Source of the DNA: an uncultured Candidatus Rokubacteria bacterium
GTDB lineage: Bacteria; Methylomirabilota; Methylomirabilia; Rokubacteriales; DASRDR01
NCBI GenBank assembly: GCA_963826115.1
Contig: CAWGVS010000010.1
Span: 416,001 to 480,000, forward strand
Reading direction: 5' to 3'
Length of the DNA: 64,000 nucleotides
Part shown: one piece after another, positions 29,685-39,345 of the stretch
How positions within the stretch are numbered: position 1 is the stretch's first letter
Layout of the letters: each line of letters opens with the position of its first letter
Made by a program: the position numbers and the translations under genes
Notes under the pieces: generated by a model
Database searches by the model: none
What the model saw: only the letters and a program-made list of their open reading frames with translations
What the model was told of the DNA's origin: nothing

Positions 29685-31501
29685 CGATGTCCTTCCTTCT
29701 CGGCCGCGGGAATTCCGAGCTCGGTGGCCTTCCATTGGGGAACGAACCCGTGTTCGTCCCACTGCCTCGCCTCGTAGTAGCCGCCCACCATCTCGCGTAG
29801 CTCGTCTCGAGACAACCCGATGCCGGCGGCGACCCCGGTCGGCAGCGATTCGCTCAGCAATCGCTCGGGCAGCCAGTCGTCCTCGGGTTGCCAGCGCTCT
29901 CGGATGTTGAAGAGCTTCTTCAGCGTGTGGATGCGTTCGCCCGCGCGACGTAACTCCGCGCCCGTGTAGTCCCAGCCCGTCACTGCGGCGAGCATCTCCG
30001 CGGCTTCCGCGTAGAAGTCGGTGAAGCACTTCCGCAGAAACTTGCAGACGATCAGCGAGTCCAGCACCGCGGCGAAGTCTTCCGACGCCGCGACCAGGGT
30101 GCCCCGGCTCGCGTCACCGCGGAATCGATCCACCTCGCCGGAAAAGTCGGCTTCGTACGCGCCCGACCGGTTGTGACAGGCGCCGCGCGGGCTGACGGCC
30201 AGGCCCAGCGCCATGGTCTTCAGGCTTCGCGGGTCGTACCCCGGAAGCTCGAGACCCTTCACCTGCATCGCCCAGTAGCCACTGTCCCGGCCGGTCTCGA
30301 TCGCGGCGCGTTTCGATCCCTCGGCCAGGAGATCGCCCACGCCTTCCCGATTGGCAATCGCGCCGATCGTGGCCAGGACCGCTTCGCCGTGGCCGAAGCG
30401 CAATCCGAGCGCCTCCGCCTCGGGCAGCACTCCCTTCTGGACGCTCTCGATCGCCCATGCGAGCGTGCCGCCGGTGCTGATCGTATCGAGACCATAGCGA
30501 TCGCAGAGACGAGCCGCGGCGAGCACGACCTCGGGATCGCTGATGCCGCAGAGCGGCCCGAGCGCAAACAAGGTCTCGTACTCGAGCCTCTGTTCTTCGC
30601 CGCCGCGCGACGCGAAGAGCCGCTCGCAGCGAATCGAGCAAGATGCGCAGCCGTGCCGGCGGCTGAAGCTCGTTTCGGTCAGCGACTCCCCGGTCAGGGC
30701 ATCGGCCTCTTCGAAGGTGGCCTGCTGGAAGTTGCGCGTGGGCAGCGTGCCGAGGCGGTTGAACACCGCCAGGTTGGCGACGGTCCCGACGAGCCGGTAC
30801 TTGGCGGTCACCGCGCCGAGGCTGCGGCGTCGCAGCGACTCGGCGATGGCGCTCACCTGTCGGGGATCCGCGACCAACGTGGCCCGGTCGCCGGACACTG
30901 CGATGGCCTTCAGGTTCTTGGACCCCATCACTGCGCCGACGCCGCCCCGGCCGGCATGGCGACCCTCGTTGCTGATGGTGGCGAAGCGGACCCGGTTCTC
31001 GCCGGCGCTGCCAATGGACGCCACCCACGCGCCCCGGCACCCCCCGTCGGAGCGGATGAACGATTGCGTCTCCTCCGGGGTCTTCCCCCTCAGCTGGTCG
31101 GCCGCTCGAATCTCGACCTCCTCGCCACGGATGAACAGGTAGACCAAGGACGGCGCCTGGCCGGTGATCACCAGAGCATCGATGCCGAGCCGCTTCAGCT
31201 CCAGGGCGAAGTGGCTCGACGAGAGCGAGTCCGCGATGAATCCGGTCAACGGCGACTTGGTGACGACCGCGAACTTCGCCGTCGTGGTGAGACCGGTTCC
31301 GACCAGGGGTGCGGTTGCGAAGATCAGGGGGTTGTCGGCTGACAGTGGATCGACTCCCGGGGGCGCATAGTCGTGGAGCAGGCTCACCCCAAGGCCTATG
31401 CCGCCCATGTACATGCGCAGCCGCGACTCTTCCAGGTCGTGGTGCGCGCTACGCCCGCTCGTCAGATCGATGTGCAGGACGCGGCCGGAAAAGCCGTGCA
31501 C
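29654..31501 (-). CDS. aor: Tungsten-type aldehyde:ferredoxin oxidoreductase family protein
   Basis: GTG start (V)HGFSGRVLHIDL; 'KSPLTG', 'GRGGVGAVMGSKNLKAIAV', 'GCASCSIRC', 'EYET', 'GLDTISTG', 'VKGLELPGYDPR', 'RGACH'. Confidence 0.92.
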   Translation of the reverse strand: MHGFSGRVLHIDLTSGRSAHHDLEESRLRMYMGGIGLGVSLLHDYAPPGVDPLSADNPLIFATAPLVGTGLTTTAKFAVVTKSPLTGFIADSLSSSHFALELKRLGIDALVITGQAPSLVYLFIRGEEVEIRAADQLRGKTPEETQSFIRSDGGCRGAWVASIGSAGENRVRFATISNEGRHAGRGGVGAVMGSKNLKAIAVSGDRATLVADPRQVSAIAESLRRRSLGAVTAKYRLVGTVANLAVFNRLGTLPTRNFQQATFEEADALTGESLTETSFSRRHGCASCSIRCERLFASRGGEEQRLEYETLFALGPLCGISDPEVVLAAARLCDRYGLDTISTGGTLAWAIESVQKGVLPEAEALGLRFGHGEAVLATIGAIANREGVGDLLAEGSKRAAIETGRDSGYWAMQVKGLELPGYDPRSLKTMALGLAVSPRGACHNRSGAYEADFSGEVDRFRGDASRGTLVAASEDFAAVLDSLIVCKFLRKCFTDFYAEAAEMLAAVTGWDYTGAELRRAGERIHTLKKLFNIRERWQPEDDWLPERLLSESLPTGVAAGIGLSRDELREMVGGYYEARQWDEHGFVPQWKATELGIPAAEKEGHRCPATRPAAS

Positions 31502-31503
31502 CG

Positions 31504-32433
31504 CTAGCCCCCCGCGTCCGCCGAGAGTATGACGATGTTGTCTCCCGGATTGACGGTGACCGTCGGCGTGCGGATGAAGTCCAGGCCGTTCACGTTGCAC
31601 GCAAAGCCGTCGATGAGGCGAGCCCGATCGGGGGCGATGACCCTGCCAACCAACACCGGCAGCTCGGCGGCGAGCGCCGCATAGACCTCGGAGAACGTCG
31701 CCCCCGCGGGCAGGCTGAGCGACACCTCCCTGGTGTGGGCCAGGAAGCGCGCAGCGCCGAACAGCTCGACGGTGCACTGAATCGTGGCATCCGAGCGCAG
31801 GCCGGGTGATCGGCGCGCCTGGCTCCAGCGCCTCTGCGCCTCTGCGTAGTCCTCCGGCGTGTTCATGTTGAAGAAGCTCGAACCGTCGGGGTCGAAGCGG
31901 CGAATCTCCTCCTCGTCGACCCTGCGGGTGCGAACGCGATCGAACAGATAGACGGGCCTCAGCTGCCCGCGCGCGAGGAGCTCCGCGAGGTGCGGTAGCA
32001 CGCTGCGTCGATAGACCGCATGCAGCGGTTGGTCGCGGCCCTGCCAGTGAGGCACGACGACGTCGTGCTCCGGCATCTGCGAGACGAGGTGTGCGATCAG
32101 GTCCACGTTCAGGAACGCCGCGTCGCAGGACGTGGCGAAGCTGACCTCCCCGCGGGCGGCGCCGAGCCCGTAGCAGAGCCCGCCGACGGGCCCCTGGTGC
32201 TCGACCTGGTCGCGCACCAGCGTGACGGGCATCGAGGGCAGATCCTGGCCCGGTGCGGCGACGACGACCACCTCGGCAAACCGGCGTCGCAGCGTGGCGA
32301 CGATGTGCACGATGAGCGGCGTGCCGTCGAAGAGGAGTAGCGCCTTGGGCGTGCCCATGCGCGAGCTCCGGCCTCCGGCCAGCACGATGGCCGTGGCACC
32401 GGTCGCGTTACCTGGACGTTCGATCGCAGTCAT
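31504..32433 (-). CDS. mobA: Molybdenum cofactor guanylyltransferase MobA fused to a C-terminal MoaD/ThiS domain
   Basis: 'IVLAGGRSSRMGTPKALL', 'QGPVGG', 'QPLHAVY', 'FFNMNTPEDY', then a beta-grasp 'CTVELFGAAR...ILSADAGG'. Confidence 0.88.
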   Translation of the reverse strand: MTAIERPGNATGATAIVLAGGRSSRMGTPKALLLFDGTPLIVHIVATLRRRFAEVVVVAAPGQDLPSMPVTLVRDQVEHQGPVGGLCYGLGAARGEVSFATSCDAAFLNVDLIAHLVSQMPEHDVVVPHWQGRDQPLHAVYRRSVLPHLAELLARGQLRPVYLFDRVRTRRVDEEEIRRFDPDGSSFFNMNTPEDYAEAQRRWSQARRSPGLRSDATIQCTVELFGAARFLAHTREVSLSLPAGATFSEVYAALAAELPVLVGRVIAPDRARLIDGFACNVNGLDFIRTPTVTVNPGDNIVILSADAGG

Positions 32434-32682
32434 CGTGTGACGGCACCCCGCGCTCGAGCGAAGGCCCGCCTGCGCTCAACGACCCAGTCGGGCTCCGCTC
32501 TTCAGGGACGACGTGGAGGCGCGCAGCCTGACGACCAACGTCCGTGGTCACGCGGGGTGTCAGGCCCCCGCAGCGCTCGCGTCCTTGGGTGGTCCACAGC
32601 GCCAGTGTCGACAGGCGTGACACCAAGTCCCTTATACATACACCGGCGTTTGCGAAAGAGGTAGTCAGCTCGTCCCGGGCCC

Positions 32683-32715
32683 TCGGCGGCTCAGGGTTGT
32701 CGGCGGCTCAGGGTT
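32683..32715. repeat. 16-bp tandem direct repeat TCGGCGGCTCAGGGTT x2
   Basis: Copies at 32683-32698 and 32700-32715. Confidence 0.8.
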
Positions 32716-32744
32716 TGACCGACGCCCGCTGCCCTCGCTATACT
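32715..32744 (+). promoter_or_regulatory. sigma70-like promoter TTGACC-N18-TATACT
   Basis: Near-consensus -35/-10 upstream of ORF 32797. Confidence 0.55.
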
Positions 32745-32796
32745 CCGGCCGACGGCACCGGTGAAGGCTGCCCCACACCGTCACGCGGTGGACAGC

Positions 32797-33150
32797 ATGA
32801 GCAAAGAGCGCTCCTCGGACGAGCCCCCGGCCAATTCGCCCTGGGGAGGGCCCTCCGAGCGGGCCCTCAAGATGCGCAAGCGGCCGGACCAGGGGGCCGA
32901 CCTCTTCCGCGCGGCGCTCCAGCAGATCGAGGATCCGGCGCGACTTCGGCAGGCCCTGCTCGAGCTCAGCCGGACCTACAACCCGGTCACGAACGCCACC
33001 CTGCTGGCGCCCGAGGTGCGGCAGCGGGTCCTCGAGCTCGCCGGTCAAGGGGCAGGCGACGAGGCCCGCCAACTCCTGGAAGCGGCCCTGGGCCGCTACA
33101 TCGAGTCGGGGCAGCCTCCCGGGTCCCCGGAAGCGTCACGAGGCGCTTGA
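32797..33150 (+). CDS. Hypothetical protein
   Basis: GC3-rich codon usage; downstream of the sigma70-like promoter; no recognised motif. Confidence 0.6.
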   Translation: MSKERSSDEPPANSPWGGPSERALKMRKRPDQGADLFRAALQQIEDPARLRQALLELSRTYNPVTNATLLAPEVRQRVLELAGQGAGDEARQLLEAALGRYIESGQPPGSPEASRGA

Positions 33151-33254
33151 CATGGTGTCGCCTGGGCCCCTAGGATCGGGGTAGCGGTTCTGGAACACCC
33201 CCCGTAGCGCGCCTTGCTGAACTGATTGAAGGCCGAGGCCAGCGGAGGTGGTGC

Positions 33255-33536
33255 ATGTCATTACCGTCTCGCCCGACTGCCTGGCTCCAGGAAAACCGTC
33301 TCGTCGTCGTGTCCGTCGATCCGGTGGGCGGTCATCTCCGCCTGCGAGGCGTCCAGGACCAGTGCTCTGACATGAGCTGTGGCGGCGATGCCGTCGTGGT
33401 CGCTGACGAGACGACCTCGGCCTTGGACGCGCTCAGCCCCGGTGACATCGTGAAGATCGAGTCCCCCGCCGTCGGACCGATGCGCATCGTCGTTCTCCGG
33501 CGCGCCTGGGAAGAGTACGCCAGCCCGGAGCTCTAG
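33255..33536 (+). CDS. Small hypothetical protein (possible OB-fold-like)
   Basis: GGAGG RBS; 'LVVVSVDP...LSPGDIVKIE...RRAWEEYASPEL'. Confidence 0.55.
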   Translation: MSLPSRPTAWLQENRLVVVSVDPVGGHLRLRGVQDQCSDMSCGGDAVVVADETTSALDALSPGDIVKIESPAVGPMRIVVLRRAWEEYASPEL

Positions 33537-33666
33537 CCAGGGTGCTTCGCGAGCCCTTTCGGCCTCCGCCGCGCTCCACCCGGCTCGCTGCGGTTACCTT
33601 TGCCCGAAACGTGCCCCGGGATCGGGCACCCCGATGTGACGCCAGCCACGCGAGAGGAGAACGGCC

Positions 33667-36600
33667 ATGAGCCTGTCTCGACGTGACTTCCTGAAGTGGT
33701 CCGGCGGCGCCTCCGGCGGCGTTCTCGCGGGAACCCGGGGCATCGACCTCGCCCCCGTCGAGGCCGCCGTGAGCGACCTCCGGATCAAGGAGGCCAAGAC
33801 CTTCCCGGGCGTCTGTCCCTACTGCGCGGTCGGGTGTGCCCAGCTGATCTACGTGAAGGACGGCAAGATCGTCGACATCGAGGGCGACCCCGACACCCCG
33901 CATACCGAAGGCGCGCTCTGCCCGAAAGGCTCCTCTACCTACCAGCTCTCGGTCAACGCGCGCCGCTTGACGAAGCCCATGTACCGGGCGGCGGGTAGCG
34001 ACAAGTGGGAAGAGAAGCCCCTCGACTGGATGATGGAGCAGATCGCCCAGCGCGTGAAGAAGACGCGGGACGCCAGCTTCGTCGAGACCGCCAAGGTCGG
34101 CGACAAGCCCGTCACCGTCAATCGCTGCGAGGGCATTGCCTGGCTCGGCTCCTCGGTGCTCGACAACGAGGAGAACTACCTGATCGCGAAGCTCTCCCGG
34201 GGCCTCGGCCTGGTGAACCTGGAGAACTCCGCGCGGCTCTGCCACTCGGCGACCGTGCCGGCGCTCGGCGCGACCTTCGGCCGGGGCGCCATGACGACCA
34301 ACCTGATCGACGTCATCAACGCCGACGTGATCATGCCGACCTCCAACTGGGCCGAGTGCCACCCCGTCAGCTACAAGTGGGTGATGAAGGCCAAGGAACG
34401 CGGCGCGACGATCATCCACGTCGATCCTCGCTTCACACGGACGTCCGCGACCGCGGACATCTGGGTGCCCATCCGGTCCGGCACCAACATCGTGTACTTC
34501 GGCGGGCTCATCCGCCACGCGATCGAAAGCAACAAGTACTTCCACGACTACGTGGTCGCCTACACCAACGCCTCGCTCCTCCTGGACCCGGCGTTCAAGA
34601 GCCCGACGGATCTCGACGGAGTGTTCAGCGGCTTCGACGCGGGAAAGCGTGCCTACGACCAGGCAACCTGGAAGTTCCAGCTCGATGCCGACGGCTACCC
34701 CAAGCAGGACAAGACCCTGAAGGACCCGAACTGCGTCTTCCAGCATCTCCGCCGGCACTACTCGCGATACACCCCGGAGATGGTCGAGAAAGTGTGCGGC
34801 ATCTCGAAGGAGCTGTTCCTCAAGGTGGCCGACATCTTCTGCTCGGCCTCCGGGCCCGACAAGACCTCGACCATCTCGTACGCGCTTCAGCTTAACCAGT
34901 CGACGAACGGCGTGCAGCAGATCCGCTCCCTCTGCATGCTCCAGCTGATCCTCGGCAACATCGGACGCCCGGGCGGGGGAGTCGTGGCCCTCCGGGGGCA
35001 CTCGAACGTCCAGGGGGCCACGGATTTCGGGACGCTCTACCACATGTTGCCGGGCTATCCGATCGAGCCCCTCCAGGCGGCCCACCCCACCCTGACCGAC
35101 TATCTCGAGAAGACGACGCCCAAGGGCGGCTACTGGGTGAACAATCCGAAGTTCGTGATCAGCCTGCTCAAGGCTTGGTGGGGCCCCGCTGCCACGAAGG
35201 ACAACGACTACGCCTACGACCACCTCCCGAAGCGGGAGAAGGGCGATGCGTACTCGCACCAGCACTTCATGATCGCGATGCTCGAGAAGAAGGTGAAGGG
35301 GTTCCTTTGCATGGGCCAGAACCCGGCGGTCGATAGCCCGAACGCCGGAACGGTTCGTCAGGGTCTCCGGAACCTCGAGTGGCTGGTCGTCGTCGATCTC
35401 TTCGAGACCGAGACGGCCGCGGTGTGGAAGGCGCCGGGCGCCGATTCGAAGTCCTGCCAGACCGAGGTGTTCTTCATCCCGGGAGCGCCAGCGGCGGAGA
35501 AAGATGGATCGATCACCAACACCATGCGTCTCGCGCAGTGGCACGTGAAGGCGGTCGAACCGCCCGGTGAATCCCGCTCCGACGCGGCATTCATCGTGGA
35601 GCTCGGGAACAGGCTCAAGGCGCTGTACACGGGTTCCCGCGCCAAGAAGGACCGGCCTGTGCTCGACCTAGTCTGGGACTACCAGCCCGACGGACCGAAG
35701 AAGGAACCGAAGATGGAGCTGGTCCTGAAGGAGGTCAACGGATACGCCACCGAGGACATCCCGGACAAGGACAAGCCCGGGGAGCTCCTGTTCAAGCGCG
35801 GCCAGCCGGTCAAGAGCTTCGGGAACCTGCGGGACGATGGTTCGACGGCCTGCGGCAACTGGATCTACTCCGGGATCTATCCCGAGGAGGGGAAGAATCT
35901 CGCCGCCCGGCGCGAGAAGCCGAAGGGCGACGACTATCTCGCCCACGGCTGGGGGTTCGCTTGGCCGGCGAACCGCCGGATCCTCTACAACCGCGCCTCG
36001 GCGGACCCCTCGGGGAAGCCCTGGAGCGAGAAGAAGAAGCTCATCTGGTGGGACGCCGCCCAGAAGAAGTGGGTCGGCAACGACGTGCCCGACTTCAGCC
36101 CCGTCATGGCGCCCGACGCGCCACGCGCGAAGGACGGCCCGCTCAAGGGTATCTCGGGAACCGACGCGTTCATCATGAACCCGCATGGGCTCGGGCAGTT
36201 CTTCGCGTCGGTCCTGGACGGGCCGTTCCCCGAGCACTATGAGCCCTTCGAGTCGCCCACTCAGAACCTCCTCTCGAAGGTCCAGAACAACCCCGTCGCC
36301 AAGGTCTACGACGTCGGTGATCTCAACAAGCTCGGGACGCCGGACAAGTACCCCTTCGTCCTCACGACGTACCGGCTCACCGAGCACCACGCTGCCGGCA
36401 TGTCGCGGCATGTGCCCTGGCTCTCCGAGCTGTTCTTTGGCCACTTCGCGGAGATCGGGCCCGAGATGGCAAAGCAGCTCGGAATCCAGAACGGCGACAT
36501 GCTGAGCGTCGAGACGCCCCGGGCCAAGATCAAGGTGCGGGCGCTCGTGACCGAACGCATCAAGCCGTTCACGATCAACGGTAAGAAGGTTTACCAGGTC

Positions 36601-36747
36601 GGCATCCCGTGGCACTGGGGGTACCAGGGCGTCATGGAGTCGGCTCGAGGCGACGTGACCAACGACCTCGTCGCGAACCTCGGCGACCCGACGACGTTCA
36701 TCCAGGAGTCCAAGGCGCTCCTCTGCAACGTGCGGAAGGAGGCGTAG
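33667..36747 (+). CDS. fdnG: Formate dehydrogenase alpha subunit (FdnG/FdoG-like), Tat-exported, Cys-ligated
   Basis: Tat 'SRRDFLK'; CPYCAVGC...LCPKG; 'ENSARLCHSAT' (TGC at 34240); 'LRGHSNVQG'; 'GPFPEHYEPFESP'; 'TTYRLTEH'. Confidence 0.93.
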   Translation: MSLSRRDFLKWSGGASGGVLAGTRGIDLAPVEAAVSDLRIKEAKTFPGVCPYCAVGCAQLIYVKDGKIVDIEGDPDTPHTEGALCPKGSSTYQLSVNARRLTKPMYRAAGSDKWEEKPLDWMMEQIAQRVKKTRDASFVETAKVGDKPVTVNRCEGIAWLGSSVLDNEENYLIAKLSRGLGLVNLENSARLCHSATVPALGATFGRGAMTTNLIDVINADVIMPTSNWAECHPVSYKWVMKAKERGATIIHVDPRFTRTSATADIWVPIRSGTNIVYFGGLIRHAIESNKYFHDYVVAYTNASLLLDPAFKSPTDLDGVFSGFDAGKRAYDQATWKFQLDADGYPKQDKTLKDPNCVFQHLRRHYSRYTPEMVEKVCGISKELFLKVADIFCSASGPDKTSTISYALQLNQSTNGVQQIRSLCMLQLILGNIGRPGGGVVALRGHSNVQGATDFGTLYHMLPGYPIEPLQAAHPTLTDYLEKTTPKGGYWVNNPKFVISLLKAWWGPAATKDNDYAYDHLPKREKGDAYSHQHFMIAMLEKKVKGFLCMGQNPAVDSPNAGTVRQGLRNLEWLVVVDLFETETAAVWKAPGADSKSCQTEVFFIPGAPAAEKDGSITNTMRLAQWHVKAVEPPGESRSDAAFIVELGNRLKALYTGSRAKKDRPVLDLVWDYQPDGPKKEPKMELVLKEVNGYATEDIPDKDKPGELLFKRGQPVKSFGNLRDDGSTACGNWIYSGIYPEEGKNLAARREKPKGDDYLAHGWGFAWPANRRILYNRASADPSGKPWSEKKKLIWWDAAQKKWVGNDVPDFSPVMAPDAPRAKDGPLKGISGTDAFIMNPHGLGQFFASVLDGPFPEHYEPFESPTQNLLSKVQNNPVAKVYDVGDLNKLGTPDKYPFVLTTYRLTEHHAAGMSRHVPWLSELFFGHFAEIGPEMAKQLGIQNGDMLSVETPRAKIKVRALVTERIKPFTINGKKVYQVGIPWHWGYQGVMESARGDVTNDLVANLGDPTTFIQESKALLCNVRKEA

Positions 36748-36749
36748 CC

Positions 36750-37523
36750 ATGGCCCGCACCCTCGCGATGTTCACGGACGTCTCGCTGTGCATCGGGTGT
36801 CGCGCCTGCCAGGTCGCCTGCAAGCAGTGGAACCAGCTGGCGCCCGAGGAGCCGGAGTGGACCGGCACCTACCAGAACCACGCGCACTTCACTGACAAGA
36901 GCTACCGGCTCGTGCGGTTCTTCGAGGAGCCGGACGACAAGGTCGGCGTGCGCTGGCACATGATGTCCGACGTGTGCAAGCACTGCGCCCAGGCGGGCTG
37001 CCTGGAGGCGTGCCCCACCGGGGCGATCTACCGCACCGAGTACGGCACGGTCAACATCAACCAGGACATCTGCAACGGCTGCCGCTACTGCGTGTCCGCC
37101 TGCCCGTTCGGCGTGGTCGCGTTCAACCACGACACCGGCACCGCCACGAAGTGCACGTTCTGCAACGACCGCATCCACAACGGCCTCGGACCCGCCTGCG
37201 CGAAGGCGTGCCCGACCGAGTCGATCCGTTTCGGCTACCGCGACGAGCTGGCGGCCCTTGCCCGGAAGCGGGTGGAGACGCTCCGGAAGCAGGGGTACAA
37301 GGACGCCCGGCTCTACGGCGAGGATCAGAACGGCGCCCTGGGCGGCCTGAACGCCTTCTTCCTGATCACGGGGAAACCGTCGATCTACGGACTGCCCGAG
37401 AACCCGAAGCTCCCTCAACGCAACGTGTTTGTCGACTCTCTCCTGTCGATCGGCTCGGCAATCGCCGTCGGGATCGGGGCCGTCGTGGCGTTCCGCTCGC
37501 GGGGCGGGAAGGAGGAGAGCTGA
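36750..37523 (+). CDS. fdnH: Formate dehydrogenase iron-sulfur subunit (FdnH-like) with C-terminal TM helix
   Basis: Four CxxCxxCxxxC-type motifs (CIGCRACQVAC, CKHC...CLEACP, CNGCRYCVSACP, CTFC...CAKACP). Confidence 0.92.
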   Translation: MARTLAMFTDVSLCIGCRACQVACKQWNQLAPEEPEWTGTYQNHAHFTDKSYRLVRFFEEPDDKVGVRWHMMSDVCKHCAQAGCLEACPTGAIYRTEYGTVNINQDICNGCRYCVSACPFGVVAFNHDTGTATKCTFCNDRIHNGLGPACAKACPTESIRFGYRDELAALARKRVETLRKQGYKDARLYGEDQNGALGGLNAFFLITGKPSIYGLPENPKLPQRNVFVDSLLSIGSAIAVGIGAVVAFRSRGGKEES

Positions 37524-37524
37524 G

Positions 37525-38460
37525 ATGGAGCCCGGACTTCTCAAGAGCGCCGACTGGCCGCTGCTGATCGACGTCTACTTCTTCCTGGGCGGGATCGCGG
37601 GCGGGGCCTTCGTGATCGCCACCATCGCGAACCTTCTCGACGCCGAGCGGTACCGCAGCGTCGTCCGTGCAGGCTATTACGTCGCTCTCCTGGCCGTGAT
37701 CCCGGCACCGATCCTGCTCATCGCCGATCTCGGGCGCCCGACGCGTTTCCTGCACATGATGATGGTGGCGAAGCCATCCACGCAGATCGGCATGGGCGCG
37801 CTGACCCTCGGCCCGTTCCACCTGAAGCTGGTCTCGCCCATGAGCATGGGCGCGTGGGCGCTGCTCGCGTTCAGCGGGCTTGCCTTCCTGGCCGCGCTCG
37901 ACGTGTTCCTTGAGCACCGCGGGGGACGCGGGTTCCCGGGGCTCCGGATGATCGTCGGCCTGGTGGGGTCCGTCTTCGGGTTCTTCCTGGCGGCGTATCC
38001 GGGCGTCCTGCTGGGCGCGACCGCGCGGCCGCTGTTCGTCAACGGCCACTGGCTGGGTGCGCTGTTCGTGGCCGTCGGAGCTTCGACCGGAGGGGCGGCG
38101 ATCGCGCTGGCCCTCGCCCTCTTCGGCGGTGAGCGGCGCGACGGGCTCGCCGCGCTCATGCGCACAGTGGCCATCGCGCTCGTCGTGCAGGCCGTGGCGC
38201 TGGTGCTCTTCATCGTGACCGTGAAGATGAGTGGCTCGGTCGGCATCGGCCAGGCGCTCACGCCGCTCGTGTCCGGTCAGTACAGCCTGACCTTCTGGCT
38301 CGGCGCCGTGACGATCGGGTTGATCGTGCCCCTCGCTCTCGCGTTCAGCGGCCGCCTCCGGCGGGCGTCCGCCGGGCTCGCCGCCCTCGTGGCGATCCTG
38401 GTGCTGGTGGGCGGCTTCGTCATCAAGTACGTCCTGATCGCCGCGGGCCAGGTCACCTGA
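37525..38460 (+). CDS. NrfD/PsrC family membrane anchor
   Basis: 'WPLLIDVYFFLGGIAGG', 'LIADLGRPTRF', 'SPMSMGAWAL', 'YPGVLLGATARP'. Confidence 0.9.
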   Translation: MEPGLLKSADWPLLIDVYFFLGGIAGGAFVIATIANLLDAERYRSVVRAGYYVALLAVIPAPILLIADLGRPTRFLHMMMVAKPSTQIGMGALTLGPFHLKLVSPMSMGAWALLAFSGLAFLAALDVFLEHRGGRGFPGLRMIVGLVGSVFGFFLAAYPGVLLGATARPLFVNGHWLGALFVAVGASTGGAAIALALALFGGERRDGLAALMRTVAIALVVQAVALVLFIVTVKMSGSVGIGQALTPLVSGQYSLTFWLGAVTIGLIVPLALAFSGRLRRASAGLAALVAILVLVGGFVIKYVLIAAGQVT

Positions 38461-38486
38461 CGGCGTCGGTCCCCGGCTGCCCGCCG

Positions 38487-39338
38487 GTGGACTTCCTGGG
38501 AGAGTGGCGCGCACTCCTCGACCGCCGCGCGAGCTTTCGCGAGGTGCTGGCCCCTTGCGAGCCGCTGCTCGAGGCCTGGGCCGAGTGGCGCAGTGAAGCG
38601 GTTCTCCAGGCACCCTGGCTCGCAGACGAGTGCCGCCTCTCGTGGAGCCGGGGCGAGCCGCTACTGGCCCGGGCCCAACCCGAGATTCCGAACGCCGAGC
38701 TCGAGCCGCTGCTCGGCCCTGCCCTGGACGCCCTGGGAGCCGTGGGCGTCGACATCGACGCGCTCCGGACCTTCGGCGAGCTCTGGGACGCTGGCAGCGT
38801 CACCGTGCGGGATCTCCTTCCGGCTCCGGGCCGGCTCGGCGCCGGCTGGTTGCCGGAGCGCACCCGGCTCTCGGTCGAGAGCCTGGGCTTCCTGGCCGTG
38901 GCGGCCCTCCGACCCGTCCTGACCCGATTCTTCGCGGATGCGCGCGCGCACTTCGACGCCGGATCGTGGGGCCGGGGCGTGTGCCCCTTCTGCGGCGCCC
39001 CGCCGGGCTTCGCGGATCTTCCGGAAGACGGGCAGCGCCGGTTGACGTGTCACGCGTGCGGGGGCGCCTGGGTGTTCTCGCGGACCCGGTGCCCGCTCTG
39101 CGGGACCCTCGACCTTCAACAGCAGATCCGCCTGGTGCCCGAGGGCCTCGCGGAAGAGGGCTACGCCATCACGGCGTGCAAGAGCTGCGGCGGTTATCTC
39201 AAGGAGCTCGACCGCAGGGTCCGCTGGAATGCCGGGGGCGCCCTCGTCGAGGACTGGGGCTCGCCGCACCTCGACCTCGTCGCCCGGCGCACGGGGTACT
39301 GGCGGCCCATCCCGGTCCTCGTGACGGCGGCCGACTGA
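38487..39338 (+). CDS. fdhE: Formate dehydrogenase maturation protein FdhE
   Basis: CPFCG, 'RRLTCHACGGAW', 'RTRCPLCG', 'CKSCGGYLKELD', 'HLDLVARRTGY'. Confidence 0.88.
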   Translation: MDFLGEWRALLDRRASFREVLAPCEPLLEAWAEWRSEAVLQAPWLADECRLSWSRGEPLLARAQPEIPNAELEPLLGPALDALGAVGVDIDALRTFGELWDAGSVTVRDLLPAPGRLGAGWLPERTRLSVESLGFLAVAALRPVLTRFFADARAHFDAGSWGRGVCPFCGAPPGFADLPEDGQRRLTCHACGGAWVFSRTRCPLCGTLDLQQQIRLVPEGLAEEGYAITACKSCGGYLKELDRRVRWNAGGALVEDWGSPHLDLVARRTGYWRPIPVLVTAAD

Positions 39339-39345
39339 GCGCTGG

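Noticed and set aside
32434-32680. Moco/Wco riboswitch upstream of mobA-aor
   Set aside because: Some GC-rich inverted repeats, but no recognisable motif; needs an Infernal scan.
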